Shown: positions 31,771 to 42,291 of the stretch, piece after piece
Position numbering within the stretch: position 1 is the stretch's first letter
Layout: each line of letters starts with the position of its first letter
From: a virus
Lineage: Duplodnaviria; Caudoviricetes
Direction: 5' to 3' (one strand)
Virus record (IMG/VR): IMGVR_UViG_3300025000_000096
Coordinates: 649 to 64,648 of that record
DNA: 64,000 nt
Translations under genes and position numbers: made by a program
The notes under the pieces: model-generated
The model's input: the letters and a program-made list of their open reading frames with translations, nothing else
Told to the model about the DNA's origin: nothing
Databases searched by the model: none

Positions 31771-32646
31771 ATGGGACAAGCTACTTGCTCTCGCTGTGGT
31801 AACTCATTTTTGCGTACAAGGGATACCGGCTCTAGGCAGCTGTACTGCTCAAAAGAATGCAGATACGGACCTCGTGTATCTCTTGTGTGTGACACCTGCG
31901 GGCTCTCTTTCACTAGACAGGCTAGTAGGGTTAACCGGACAGACAGAAAGAGCAGCGCTGGTAACTTCTGCTCTAAAAAATGTCAGTTCTCCTTTGTTAG
32001 GCATACCCCAGTTGAAAGAGTTCCTGTTCCATGCGCTGCCTGTGGCAAAGTGCTTCTTTTGACGCGGGTAGAACATCTTAGGCGGATAAATAAGACTATT
32101 GGTGGCGCCGTGTACTGCTCCCGCAAATGCCAAGCAGCGGGGTCCTCCCTTCGAGTACCTATGGTGTCCTTATCCTGTGTCGTCTGTGGGAAGGAATTTT
32201 CTAGGCGTGCGTCAAAGCAAAGGGAGCTAAAGAAAAACAATCCCAGAGACTGCTGCGGAATTTCTTGCTCTATGAAACTCCGGCAAGAGGATAGGAAAGA
32301 GTATGATCCTTTTAGGACAGTGCTCTCTTCTCTGCTTGCCAAGTTTTCTAAGCAGTCTGGAAACGCAGTAGCACTCTCCTTGGTTGATTTGAAGGAACAG
32401 TGGGATTCTCAGGGTGGGAGGTGCCCATACACTGGTATTGAGCTAATTCTTCGGCCAGCCAGGAAGAGGGGTGGCAAAGACCCATATCAGGCAAGTGTTG
32501 ACAGAATAGACTCTTCTTTGGGATACACTCCGGGAAACATAGAGTTTGTAGCGCTGTGGGTTAACTATGCAAAGAACTCTTGGAGTAGGGAGGAGACAAT
32601 GTCTTTCTTAAACAGGTATGCGGAGTACTCCCTTGCCAGGCGGTGA
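31771..32646 (+). CDS. HNH-like homing endonuclease with four zinc-finger repeats
   Basis: 4x CxxC...(Y/F/C)C(S/G)xxC; W..Q.GRCPYTG...SVDRIDS..GY..GNI......VN.AKN. Confidence 0.85.
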   Translation: MGQATCSRCGNSFLRTRDTGSRQLYCSKECRYGPRVSLVCDTCGLSFTRQASRVNRTDRKSSAGNFCSKKCQFSFVRHTPVERVPVPCAACGKVLLLTRVEHLRRINKTIGGAVYCSRKCQAAGSSLRVPMVSLSCVVCGKEFSRRASKQRELKKNNPRDCCGISCSMKLRQEDRKEYDPFRTVLSSLLAKFSKQSGNAVALSLVDLKEQWDSQGGRCPYTGIELILRPARKRGGKDPYQASVDRIDSSLGYTPGNIEFVALWVNYAKNSWSREETMSFLNRYAEYSLARR

Positions 32647-33163
32647 AGTGCATGACGCTGAGTGGAAAAAGAGAGTTGCTTACCCCACAATTATCTCTGT
32701 TGTTGGGATCACATTAAGCCTGTACTATCAAGAAGTGCTACTAGCCCTAGCATTCTTGGGGGTATCCGCTGGCTACGTTCTTGGAAGGTTCATAACCCCA
32801 GACGCTGACCAGCTTACCTTTACTCGTGGTTCTGGCCTCTTAATGCAGAAATTTGGTTTTTTCGGGCTCCTAATAGCTATGTGGTTCATGCCCTACGCAT
32901 ACATGCTCAAGTACATTGGCTTGGGTGGCAGGAAGGGGCACAGATCCACTATGTCACATGGTATAATTATAGGTACCGTTTTCCGCCTGGCTTGGCTCTT
33001 GTTACCAGCCGCTCTTGCTGCACTCTGGTCCGGGCTGGCAATCCCAGCCGTTGTTGCCTGGTTCTTCTTGGGTGTCCTTGCTGGTCTTTCCCTGTCAGAC
33101 TACATCCACATAGCAGCCGACTTCGCATACTTTCCATTTACTAAACGAAAGAGGAGATTGTAG
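32633..33163 (+). CDS. DUF2227-like membrane-bound metal-binding protein
   Basis: G.VH, TPDAD, W.PY, HRSTMSHG.IIGT.FRL, H..AD; TTG start after GGAG. Confidence 0.8.
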   Translation: MPGGEVHDAEWKKRVAYPTIISVVGITLSLYYQEVLLALAFLGVSAGYVLGRFITPDADQLTFTRGSGLLMQKFGFFGLLIAMWFMPYAYMLKYIGLGGRKGHRSTMSHGIIIGTVFRLAWLLLPAALAALWSGLAIPAVVAWFFLGVLAGLSLSDYIHIAADFAYFPFTKRKRRL

Positions 33164-33169
33164 AGATTG

Positions 33170-34582
33170 ATGAAGACGCTATCACTTGCACCAAAAAAGA
33201 CCTCATCAAATCGAATAGAGGTTATTCGTGGCATACAGGCGAGCGGCCTAGCTTCCGTTTCCCAGGGTGAGGAAGTAAATTCAAGTAACCAAAAGTTTAC
33301 CCTGTTCTGGGCTATGATGGGGGCGATCCACATCCACTCCTATGTTAGAGCTGCTATGGGGTCTATTGGCCGGGCAGTTGTAGGTACCTGGTGGAAGGTT
33401 GCACGCAAGCCGGGGGATAAGCAAGGTACCCGCCTGCAGAAGAAGCGCCTTGAGGCGTTCTACGAAGCCACGGAGGCAAAGACCTGGACAAATGTTCAGG
33501 ATTACTACTCTGTTGCATACAAGTTTATGATCGGCGCAATGTATCTGCGCTACTTTGGCCAGACAGCTTACAAAATCCACAGGAATAGAGGAGGGGACCC
33601 TATCGGGTTCGACCACTTGCCCGGCCTTATCGTTCCAAATACAGACAGCAATGGCTCGTTCAGAACACCTGCTTTTACACAGTACCTGACCAGCGACTTG
33701 ATGAGCAAGGTTGACTATGCAGATCCGAAAGATATAATCTACATCATCAACCCGGACTGGGAAGGCTCTCCGATAGGTGCGAGTGACTTAGAGGCCCTTG
33801 CCGAGTTTACATTACCGCTGGACATCTACCTCCAAACAGCTGCACGAAGCTATCTGGAGAACTCTGCAAAACCCGAGATCGTCTACATGCTTCCACAAGA
33901 CGTGTCTGATGAGGCTTTCAACGCCTTTGTGGCCAAGCTGAATGAGAAATATACGGGCGCTGCGAATGCTGGGCGAAACCCGGTAGCTGTTCAAGGTGAC
34001 TTGAAGATTTTGCGGGTGGATGACATGCCTGCCAGCGTCCCATATCAAGAAGCACGCAAAGATACTCGGGACGAAACATTAGCGGTGAGCGGAACAGGTG
34101 CAGCTTTAATGGGTGTGTCAGAGAGCTTGTCGAGTGCAAACATTCGAGAGACTCGGCGCCAGTTCCATGAGTCAACGATGGTGCCCCTGCTTAAATTTAT
34201 CGAGCTTGCGTTTTATGAGCAGGTGCACCTTCGTTTGTTCAAGATCTCTGGGTGGATTCTTAAGTTCAATCAGCCCGACTTTCTAACGGCTGTTGAGCGG
34301 GCCACTGTCCATATGCGCTACGTAGATATGGGCGTACTTTGTAGAAATGAAGTTCGTGAAGAGCTCGGTCTTGAGCCTGTTCCGGGCGGAGACACATACA
34401 ATGTCCCAGTTCCTCCGGGTTCCCAGACAAGCAACCCGCCAGCCGGACGGCAGCCAAAGCCGGATGATCCGTCTGCCACAGGTGAACCAACAATGGATGA
34501 CCAGGACCCACCCAGAGGGGATCAGAACGGGGACAAGCCGAGAGATTCTATGATTAGAAGTTTTGAAGAGGATGAGGAGTAA
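33170..34582 (+). CDS. portal protein (HK97-like)
   Basis: G.S.LEAL, Y.EN.AKP, Y.G..NAG, NEVRE.LGLEP.PGGD motifs; position in head module. Confidence 0.9.
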   Translation: MKTLSLAPKKTSSNRIEVIRGIQASGLASVSQGEEVNSSNQKFTLFWAMMGAIHIHSYVRAAMGSIGRAVVGTWWKVARKPGDKQGTRLQKKRLEAFYEATEAKTWTNVQDYYSVAYKFMIGAMYLRYFGQTAYKIHRNRGGDPIGFDHLPGLIVPNTDSNGSFRTPAFTQYLTSDLMSKVDYADPKDIIYIINPDWEGSPIGASDLEALAEFTLPLDIYLQTAARSYLENSAKPEIVYMLPQDVSDEAFNAFVAKLNEKYTGAANAGRNPVAVQGDLKILRVDDMPASVPYQEARKDTRDETLAVSGTGAALMGVSESLSSANIRETRRQFHESTMVPLLKFIELAFYEQVHLRLFKISGWILKFNQPDFLTAVERATVHMRYVDMGVLCRNEVREELGLEPVPGGDTYNVPVPPGSQTSNPPAGRQPKPDDPSATGEPTMDDQDPPRGDQNGDKPRDSMIRSFEEDEE

Positions 34583-34586
34583 TGCT

Positions 34587-34835
34587 ATGCCAGAGCAAAT
34601 GTGGTATTGTGTACAATGTTCCGAGGTTCTTGGAACAACAGTAGCGAACGAGCTAACAACGAACCCAGGAGTAGTTGTTTCTACTCGTGGAGCAAATCTT
34701 TTAGTGAACTGCCCAAAATGTTTTGCACAAAAGGTATGGTACCCCAACGACCAAATCGTAAGGGCCGTGTACCAGATGATTGATGCCTTTGCAAGTGTGG
34801 CAGTTGCCCGAATGGTCCGAAAGCAGTCGCCATGA
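34587..34835 (+). CDS. zinc-ribbon protein
   Basis: WYCVQC..VLG...CPKC. Confidence 0.6.
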   Translation: MPEQMWYCVQCSEVLGTTVANELTTNPGVVVSTRGANLLVNCPKCFAQKVWYPNDQIVRAVYQMIDAFASVAVARMVRKQSP

Positions 34836-35155
34836 TCAAAGTATCTCGGGGTAATTTGTACTATGGTGGGGCTGTCCTTTTAAAAGTCTATCAGCAGGTG
34901 AGCTTTACCTTTGAAACAGCACTTGCCTACTCTGCCGCTTTTGAGGAGCTCAGCAAGAACATACGGGGCCTAATCAAGGCAGTGGAGTCGGAAGAAGACA
35001 AGGAAGTTGTCCAGGCTTTTTTGGAGATCGAAGAAGAGATTCCCATTGAGAGAATCCTGCTCACGAAAAAGGACCTTGAAAAGCTGAACAAAGTTGATTT
35101 CACCCCTGGAGAAGTCGGCCTGATTAAGTGGCTCTTCCAGTTCCCGGAAAAATAA
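34832..35155 (+). CDS. hypothetical protein
   Basis: ATGA-coupled 107-aa ORF. Confidence 0.6.
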   Translation: MIKVSRGNLYYGGAVLLKVYQQVSFTFETALAYSAAFEELSKNIRGLIKAVESEEDKEVVQAFLEIEEEIPIERILLTKKDLEKLNKVDFTPGEVGLIKWLFQFPEK

Positions 35156-35180
35156 AAGAGGCTCATACGAGCCTCTTTTT
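35155..35180. terminator. bidirectional intrinsic terminator
   Basis: AAAAGAGGCTC-atac-GAGCCTCTTTTT between convergent genes. Confidence 0.85.
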
Positions 35181-35197
35181 GTTTACTTGTCGGTCAC

Positions 35198-36655
35198 CTA
35201 TGCAAAGGTGATTGCGTCTGACACTGCCAATTTTCCATTGGCAAGAACTAGGACCAGGTACCAGGTAGCCACACCAGCCTCTGTAATATTCACGTCAATG
35301 TCGCCGTCTGACTCAGATACAAGCTGCCAAGCCTTAGCTGCAGCAACCGCAGTTTCTGACGAATCATTGAAAGCAGCAGTGGTTACATCGCTGGCATTGG
35401 TGAGGTCGTCGGTGTTGGCTGTCCAATCACCGGCATTGTTCTCAATAGCAATGTAACCAATGGCAATGTTGCCAGCATCTGCTGCAGGCAGCGCTGCCAA
35501 AGCGGTTGGGGCATCGTTGTAAGCCTGCGGAGATCCAGGAACTTTGGATGAGATGGTGCCTGCGGCGTTGATTTGGACCAGGATAACACCAAACTTGGAA
35601 GCTGTGATCACATGTGCCGCTGAGAACAGAAGGGCTGTCTCAGGAGCCTTTACATGGGAAACACCACCAATTAGGAATGCGGAAGATTGGGTTGTTTTGA
35701 ACTTTTCCGCAACAGCATCAATGGCCAGGTTACCATCAACCAGCAAAGCGTTTGTCAGGGCTGGGGTCATCGGAATTGCTAACCCGTCAGTGCCAATAAC
35801 GGCGCCACCAGAAGGAGCTGCTACAGCAATTGAGTCACCAGCCGCATCGCTGCTCAAATAGGCAGGAACAGAGCTGCGAACAGCCAAGTCCCCACCAGCT
35901 GCATCTTTCAGCTGAACAGCAACATTGATGACGTTTCCGCCCTCGGCGCCAACTACAAATGTGGCATCCATGGCTGCGCCGTTCAAGACGTTGATCTCTG
36001 CAGCGGTAGGAGTAACCAGTGTACCGGCTGCTGCACCCAGGTAGAGGGCTGCTGTGTGGAACTCATCAAGCTCCTTGTTAGCACCCAAAGCTGCCGCTTT
36101 CGAAGCAACAGCTGTGCCCACAATTGAGCCATCGAGCAAGTTCAATTCTGCCGCTGAGCCCGTTACAGCAGTTCCTGCGCCCGCACCAACCTTAAGGCCG
36201 CCTTCCGCAATAGCAATGGTGTCCAGGTTCTTATTGGCTCCGAGTACAGCGGCCTTGCTTGCAACAGCAGTTCCAGCCACAGATCCGTCGATCAGGTTCA
36301 TCTCCGCTGCACTTGCGGTAACGCCCTCAACGGAGGTTCCTGCAGAGCCTACAAAACTGCCGGAGAACTCGGTAACAACCGTGTTGTCCTTCTTGATCAC
36401 TTTGAAGGTGTAGGTTGTGCTGCGCTCAGAAGCCTGAGCTGCTGGGATGTCGAGCAGGAACCGACCAAGCAAAGCGTCAACTTTGACGTAGCCGTTCCCA
36501 GTTGACCAGATTGTGCCGTCTGATGCCACCGTTAAGAAGGCGGACTTGACAGCGTCAAAGTAGTCCTGGAGAGTGTAGCCGCTGGCGGGGGTAATGTCGA
36601 AAGCCACAAGTAGGTCGTGGGTATTGGTGTATGCAATATTTTTAGTAGTTGTCAT
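35198..36655 (-). CDS. virion structural protein (head/tail fibre-like)
   Basis: Ala/Gly/Thr-rich; repeated VT.SAAE.NL.DGS..GTAVASKAA.LGANK.LD unit. Confidence 0.7.
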   Translation of the reverse strand: MTTTKNIAYTNTHDLLVAFDITPASGYTLQDYFDAVKSAFLTVASDGTIWSTGNGYVKVDALLGRFLLDIPAAQASERSTTYTFKVIKKDNTVVTEFSGSFVGSAGTSVEGVTASAAEMNLIDGSVAGTAVASKAAVLGANKNLDTIAIAEGGLKVGAGAGTAVTGSAAELNLLDGSIVGTAVASKAAALGANKELDEFHTAALYLGAAAGTLVTPTAAEINVLNGAAMDATFVVGAEGGNVINVAVQLKDAAGGDLAVRSSVPAYLSSDAAGDSIAVAAPSGGAVIGTDGLAIPMTPALTNALLVDGNLAIDAVAEKFKTTQSSAFLIGGVSHVKAPETALLFSAAHVITASKFGVILVQINAAGTISSKVPGSPQAYNDAPTALAALPAADAGNIAIGYIAIENNAGDWTANTDDLTNASDVTTAAFNDSSETAVAAAKAWQLVSESDGDIDVNITEAGVATWYLVLVLANGKLAVSDAITFA

Positions 36656-36695
36656 GTGATAATAGCTCCTTTTGTCTAATCACTTCAATCGTAAA

Positions 36696-37082
36696 TCAGC
36701 CGATCATCACTTCCGGTGACTTGCCAGCCGCCCCAAGAACGGCATTGATAGCAGATGAGACTTCAGCAGATACAGCATTTTGCTTAGTTCTTTCAAGGTA
36801 CGCCTCAACTGCTGAACGGACGCTGGCAACATCGAACGTGCCAACCTGAGTAGTTGCAAGTTTGACAACGTAGCCAGCCAGTATCTCGAACGCCTCAGAG
36901 GGGTCTTTTACCGCTCCGAGAGCAGATGCAACGTCTGCTGCAGGGACCAGAACTGTGCCGTGCAGCCCAATGGCGAGCTCATTTTTTTCATCATCTACGT
37001 AGAACGCTTCAACGTTCGCAGCGATCATGCCGCTGCCATCTGTTCGAGGTTCAACCCCGTTTATTTTTAGTTTTAGTGCCAT
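36696..37082 (-). CDS. hypothetical protein
   Basis: AGGAGG RBS, 128 aa. Confidence 0.7.
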   Translation of the reverse strand: MALKLKINGVEPRTDGSGMIAANVEAFYVDDEKNELAIGLHGTVLVPAADVASALGAVKDPSEAFEILAGYVVKLATTQVGTFDVASVRSAVEAYLERTKQNAVSAEVSSAINAVLGAAGKSPEVMIG

Positions 37083-37107
37083 AGTAGTAACCTCCTGTGA
37101 TTACTGA

Positions 37108-40100
37108 TTACGAGAAAACTGCGTCCGAATTTACTGATGCTGCTGATCCACCAAAGTAAGCAACGGTCATACCAGCAATATTGAAAAGGATCGGTGTTAG
37201 GTTGTTGATTCGTTCTACGCCATCAATATATGCTTTACAACCACCAGCGGTATACACAATCTTAATCTTATAGGTTGTTCCGGCAACAATAGCGCCTGTT
37301 GCGTTCCATGTGGCAGTTGTTTCTGACGCAGCGTTTGATCGAATACGCAGCCTAAGCGTATTGGCCGCAGACCACTCAAAGGAAAGATAGTTGTTTATCC
37401 CATCACTAAAGACAAAAATAGAGGCTGATGTTGACCCGAACTTTAACATATCTGCGGCATTGTGTCGTGGCGTGTAATTGAATTGAATAATCCCGCTATT
37501 AGCCTTTAGGTTTTTTAGAGGCATTGTCGTTGTATCTGCTCCATCGTTTCTGATCCCCGTTCCCTCTGTGCTGTTTGCAAGAGAAGCGGGAGTGACGGTG
37601 AGAGAAACGGCATCGAGAGCGATGATATACATATCGTCTGTATACTGTGTTTGCGTTCTAGCAGCTTCGGCAAGTATGTTAAACTGCCTTCCTGTGTTTA
37701 ATGCCCTTCCTACCCCACAAACATGACGCCAATAGCCACCAACAGATGATGTCCAGTTGGGTAGTGCTTTGTTTCGCTGGATATGCCCATGAAAAGAGGC
37801 ATTATAGAACCCAAATTTTACGGTTGGCCCGGATAGTATATTTGCCCACCAACCTATTCCAAGATAGCCGATAGGATTTCCTGTTGTCTGATAAATGTAA
37901 TCGGATACAAACCCACTTGTAGCCAAGAGGGATGAGCCTGTTGAGTGGGTAATCGTTGTTTCTTGTGCCAGATCACCAGCGTCAGCATTATCGTTTGTCC
38001 AACCAGAAGGTATCCAGGGATTGCCAGCCCCGACTGTGAGACTCGGATTATCGAGTAGATTAGTATACTGCTCTACCTGATGTACCCCAATTTCCCCACT
38101 CGCCGCCACGTTGCTGACGATCACGCTTACACTGACACAATCTGCCACAGTTCCATTTCGTGCAATCGTAGGCAGTTCATAGGATAGGAGCAGGTTGTTG
38201 GGATGGTTGTATTCGCTGATGAAAGTCACGCTGATGTTGTCAATGTCACCGATGAAATCTGCATCACCAGCAAAATAGATCGTGGTATCCGTTGTGCATC
38301 TGAGATATTCTGTGTAAGTGCCATCTGCTGATCTTGCAGTTCCGCTTGCGCTACTGCCCACTTTCGGAGTAAGTGTACCGGCAGAATACCCACTGATCGT
38401 GTAAACCAGCTTGTACAGCTTAGTTATAACAAGCCCACCTACAAGCTGATTTGCGATTGCTTGCGAGAGATTGCTTACTGCTGCTTGTGACCCATCACAG
38501 TGAGCTACACCGGCTGCTATTGACCAGCCTGTTCCTTTTACCCACAACGTATCACCAGCGGCAAAGTCACCGTTTGCGACAATCTCTTTTGACCAATCCC
38601 CATCCAAATGGGTAATCTCTGCCCCATTCGTCTCATCGTAAATCGTTAGACGAGGTTGTGCAAGTCTGTCAACGCCAGCAAAGGCAAGAGCACGAGTGAC
38701 GTAATTCGCACCCGCTGATAATCCTACGTATGTTTGCTGGATGCCCTCATTTGCTGCATCCGATCCAAAGTCCTGGCCCCAGTTGAACAGCCGAGCACCC
38801 GGAGCATCGGTTTCGAGTGACGGTGTGTTGTTCCATGTGCCAGCCGAAAGAGTTCCGTGATTACCCAAACCGGATTGGTCGGTTGTTGTGGTTCCGTATC
38901 CTTCATTACTGTTGCAAAGAAGAAGGGTGTTTGCGTCTGTAGCTGGTGGTGTAAATCTATCGTTCGGAGTAAAGGCGGCAGTATAGCGGATTGTGTTGGA
39001 AATTCGCACCCAACCCAAATCACCAGCCCGACCATAGGCATTGTTGTTATTGACGCTTCTGGCTGCGTCACTATCATACACGCCACCAAATATATTGCTA
39101 TTCCGTGAAACTCCATTGACATACAGAATAAATTGTTTTGTAGCGAAATTGTATGTGAAACAGACGTGATTCCATTTTCCAAAGCGTTCAGTGGTTGATT
39201 CGTTGAGTAAACTTACACCATCAACATATAGGTACACCGTACCCCTACTTATGCTGTAAAGACCCCAACCACTCTCGCCACCAGGAATATGGCCCTTTGA
39301 CAAAATTGTTCTTGTGGCAGTAGCCAGATCTAAGTTACACCAAAGCTCTACGGTAAAATCTGTAGTCAATGGCAGGTCATCAAGTGAGGCCGCACTTCCA
39401 AAGCTAACATTGTCGTTTATACTCACGGGCACAATCGGTGTCCCATACGGATACCATTGCGGTTCCCAGGTTCCGTTGGTTATTGTGCCATTCGCCGCTG
39501 CACCTATCGTGCCCACATTGGTAACTGTTACCCCGGTTCCTTCTGACATACTCCACTGACCGAGCGTGTTTGCGTCAGGTGCGGGTGGGGTACGAGAGGG
39601 GAGGAAATTGGCGGAGTAGCGGACAACGTTGGAGATGCGTGTCCAGCCGACTGTGCCGTTCATGTAATATCCGAACCCAAAACCTAGATTTAAGGTGTAC
39701 GGAACATCGGAAACAACCGCTCCGATTGCTGCCCCCGATGTGCTTACTAGAACACCATCAACATACAAGCGAACTTTTCTATCGCCATCATCATCAAATG
39801 TGAAACAGAAATTGTGGAACTTCCCATCTGTGAAACCAGACGCAGTGGCCATGGCGTCTCCAGATACCGTCCCAATCCTGGCCCTCATTGATCCGTTATC
39901 TGTATATAATTCCCACCCCCCGACCCCAGGATTTCCTTTAGCCACCAATGGATGATAGGAAGTGCTACTATTTATTTTAGCCCAAGTCTCAACCGTAAAA
40001 GCGTTGTCGTGTAAATTCTGAACACCAGCATCGTTTCCACAACCGATATAGTCACCGCTACCGTCGAAAGCCACTCCCCACTGATTACCGTAGTAACCAT

Positions 40101-40950
40101 TGGCGAGCCAGCCGTCTTTGACAACACTTGACAGATGTGGGTGTGAATGCCCCTCACCTGTACCCGTAACCAAAGCCCCCGCTGTTTGATTAGTGGGTAA
40201 GTTGAAACTCTCTCCCCAACTACCGAGAATTTCAGTGATATCATTACCACTTCCTGAATTGTGCTTTAGATTGACAACATCCCCGTTGCCTAAATCTGCT
40301 CCATACCTTCCATCAAAATGCACACCTTCTCTGCTGATGTGTAGACCGATGATTTCCCCGCTGTTTACCAGCGTTCCATCGGTGTTACAACCCACATAGA
40401 TTGCTGCGTTCGGAGCGGCTACAGTTGGGCGAGTGCTGATACCAAAAGTGTGTACATCATTGATCGACACCCTTGCGTAATTCGTACCATCTATGGGATT
40501 TTTAGTATCCCACGCAAAGACCAGAGTAACCATCGTTCCAGCGGTCAATGCGCTGGCAACGGTCATTGTCTGCCCGCCAACCGTAAAGCTGTACCGTGAG
40601 TTTGCATAGTCGTAAGCGATTGTGACTACACCGGCATGTAGAATGTACGCAAATAGTGTAGCAATCGCCCCACTGGAAGAATATTCCGGTATCCAGAATA
40701 GACTTACATCCCCCTGATACGGGTCAAAGTTTGCGTACCAGTAATCCTTGACCTGCGTTCCGCGACTGAAAGAGAGAACGTCACCAACATAAGCACCAGG
40801 ACGACTTTGCACAATCGGAGCCGTTGCAAATGGCCCGGCGCTAGTTGCCCGTTTCGCCAGCGAGGGCGTGAAGGTGGCAAGAGCAGGGTCAAACCTGAAT
40901 ATTTTCTGTGCAGATGCAAGAAGTTTCTTTATAAGTGTCATAGCTGGCAT
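37108..40950 (-). CDS. multi-LamG (ConA-like lectin) and carbohydrate-binding virion protein
   Basis: Repeated FTVE.W..., W/F.H.CFT, LYV.G, W.RISN..RY.A.F.P domains; NGDF and NPS CBM-like modules. Confidence 0.8.
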   Translation of the reverse strand: MPAMTLIKKLLASAQKIFRFDPALATFTPSLAKRATSAGPFATAPIVQSRPGAYVGDVLSFSRGTQVKDYWYANFDPYQGDVSLFWIPEYSSSGAIATLFAYILHAGVVTIAYDYANSRYSFTVGGQTMTVASALTAGTMVTLVFAWDTKNPIDGTNYARVSINDVHTFGISTRPTVAAPNAAIYVGCNTDGTLVNSGEIIGLHISREGVHFDGRYGADLGNGDVVNLKHNSGSGNDITEILGSWGESFNLPTNQTAGALVTGTGEGHSHPHLSSVVKDGWLANGYYGNQWGVAFDGSGDYIGCGNDAGVQNLHDNAFTVETWAKINSSTSYHPLVAKGNPGVGGWELYTDNGSMRARIGTVSGDAMATASGFTDGKFHNFCFTFDDDGDRKVRLYVDGVLVSTSGAAIGAVVSDVPYTLNLGFGFGYYMNGTVGWTRISNVVRYSANFLPSRTPPAPDANTLGQWSMSEGTGVTVTNVGTIGAAANGTITNGTWEPQWYPYGTPIVPVSINDNVSFGSAASLDDLPLTTDFTVELWCNLDLATATRTILSKGHIPGGESGWGLYSISRGTVYLYVDGVSLLNESTTERFGKWNHVCFTYNFATKQFILYVNGVSRNSNIFGGVYDSDAARSVNNNNAYGRAGDLGWVRISNTIRYTAAFTPNDRFTPPATDANTLLLCNSNEGYGTTTTDQSGLGNHGTLSAGTWNNTPSLETDAPGARLFNWGQDFGSDAANEGIQQTYVGLSAGANYVTRALAFAGVDRLAQPRLTIYDETNGAEITHLDGDWSKEIVANGDFAAGDTLWVKGTGWSIAAGVAHCDGSQAAVSNLSQAIANQLVGGLVITKLYKLVYTISGYSAGTLTPKVGSSASGTARSADGTYTEYLRCTTDTTIYFAGDADFIGDIDNISVTFISEYNHPNNLLLSYELPTIARNGTVADCVSVSVIVSNVAASGEIGVHQVEQYTNLLDNPSLTVGAGNPWIPSGWTNDNADAGDLAQETTITHSTGSSLLATSGFVSDYIYQTTGNPIGYLGIGWWANILSGPTVKFGFYNASFHGHIQRNKALPNWTSSVGGYWRHVCGVGRALNTGRQFNILAEAARTQTQYTDDMYIIALDAVSLTVTPASLANSTEGTGIRNDGADTTTMPLKNLKANSGIIQFNYTPRHNAADMLKFGSTSASIFVFSDGINNYLSFEWSAANTLRLRIRSNAASETTATWNATGAIVAGTTYKIKIVYTAGGCKAYIDGVERINNLTPILFNIAGMTVAYFGGSAASVNSDAVFS

Positions 40951-41193
40951 TTATGCTCCGCTAAAAAGGTAATCGTAGATTACTTTTCCAAGTGTGGTTG
41001 TGTACGCAGGAACTGCTATCCCCAGCAGTTGTACAACCGGGGTTTTAGCCATCCGTGGTTGGGATGTGGGGGGCTCTTCTAAGCCTGGTACTGGGATCTT
41101 TAGTGGTACGATCAGAACCTCTAACGAGCTCCCTGATAGAGCTGCTTTTCTAGGCTGTGTAAGAACTGTACGCAAAGCAGCTGGGCTTGGCAT
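40951..41193 (-). CDS. hypothetical protein
   Basis: 80-aa ORF filling the gap in the minus cassette. Confidence 0.5.
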   Translation of the reverse strand: MPSPAALRTVLTQPRKAALSGSSLEVLIVPLKIPVPGLEEPPTSQPRMAKTPVVQLLGIAVPAYTTTLGKVIYDYLFSGA

Positions 41194-41197
41194 CTGG

Positions 41198-41923
41198 CTA
41201 GTCCTGGAGAATATTGAGGCGGATTGTTACATCCCCTGTTGCATACGTTGGAGCACCTCGTGTGACAATACACCCATAGATGTTAGCGCTACCAACAGCC
41301 TTGAATCCAATCCCCAAATTAGAGGCCATGGATACGGAGTTTGCAGCAGAGGCGTAGTAGGTGTCAAAGTTTATGATGCCGATCAGGGTTGCTGCATGTG
41401 CATCTGATAGGGTCCATGCCGCATTGTCGGCTGGTGGGGTAACTGCCGTGTCGAACAACCAAAGCTCACACGTCTTCGACTGGAGTGCAAAGTCAATTAA
41501 CTCAGCCGACACGATCAGCCCAGTACCACCCGAGAGCCGAACAGCGTCTGTGAAGACCGCTGCTACACCGTTAGCGCCTACATAATCCCCCGCAATATAG
41601 GCACCGGCAGTTGGGAGCGCCGGAGTAACCTGCACAGTGGCAAGTTTACCCCCAACCTCCCCTATGTGTAACTCGCTTGCAGGCACGTTAGCAGTCACTG
41701 CTCCATCAACAGTAATTACCCCGCCGCCATCATCAATGGACAGGGTGCTACCATTGTCGTCTACTGAGATGGCCGCCCCACCATCATCGACTGACAAAGT
41801 GGCGCCGTTGTCATCAACACTGACAGGCTCTGTAACACCCACCGTACCAGAAGTCTTCAGGGTCTTGGTTGCGGGATCGTAGGCGTTAATAATGGCTTCA
41901 TTTGCAGTAATATTGTCGGTCAT
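41198..41923 (-). CDS. virion structural protein
   Basis: Tandem SVDD(N/G)G repeats; beta-rich C-terminal domain; GGAG RBS. Confidence 0.65.
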   Translation of the reverse strand: MTDNITANEAIINAYDPATKTLKTSGTVGVTEPVSVDDNGATLSVDDGGAAISVDDNGSTLSIDDGGGVITVDGAVTANVPASELHIGEVGGKLATVQVTPALPTAGAYIAGDYVGANGVAAVFTDAVRLSGGTGLIVSAELIDFALQSKTCELWLFDTAVTPPADNAAWTLSDAHAATLIGIINFDTYYASAANSVSMASNLGIGFKAVGSANIYGCIVTRGAPTYATGDVTIRLNILQD

Positions 41924-42033
41924 TTATCATCTCCAAGATGTTTTAGTGTTCTATTTGTGGGCACTTTTCTGCCTCTTATCCCTACAATTGATACACTTCT
42001 AACTTACTTAATTGTAGTCAGTGAGGTGATCAT

Positions 42034-42291
42034 TTGACTATTATTACTATTCGAAGCGGTTTGTCTTTTGCGAGAAGCCCTGACATGTTCCACTTCCTTT
42101 CTGATGAGGAGCTTCAGCTTCTTTATACCACATGGGATAAACATGTTTGGGATTGCGACACCCTCAGTGGCGGGACGAAGAGCATTACCTGCCAGCATGT
42201 TTTGGACGTGGGTAAGGAAAAGCTCGTAAAGGCGTTTGGTAAGAAACTTGCCGTTCGCTTGTTGGAGATTGCTGAGAGGGAAAATGTCTAA
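42034..42291 (+). CDS. hypothetical protein
   Basis: TTG start after GAGGTGA. Confidence 0.5.
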   Translation: MTIITIRSGLSFARSPDMFHFLSDEELQLLYTTWDKHVWDCDTLSGGTKSITCQHVLDVGKEKLVKAFGKKLAVRLLEIAERENV

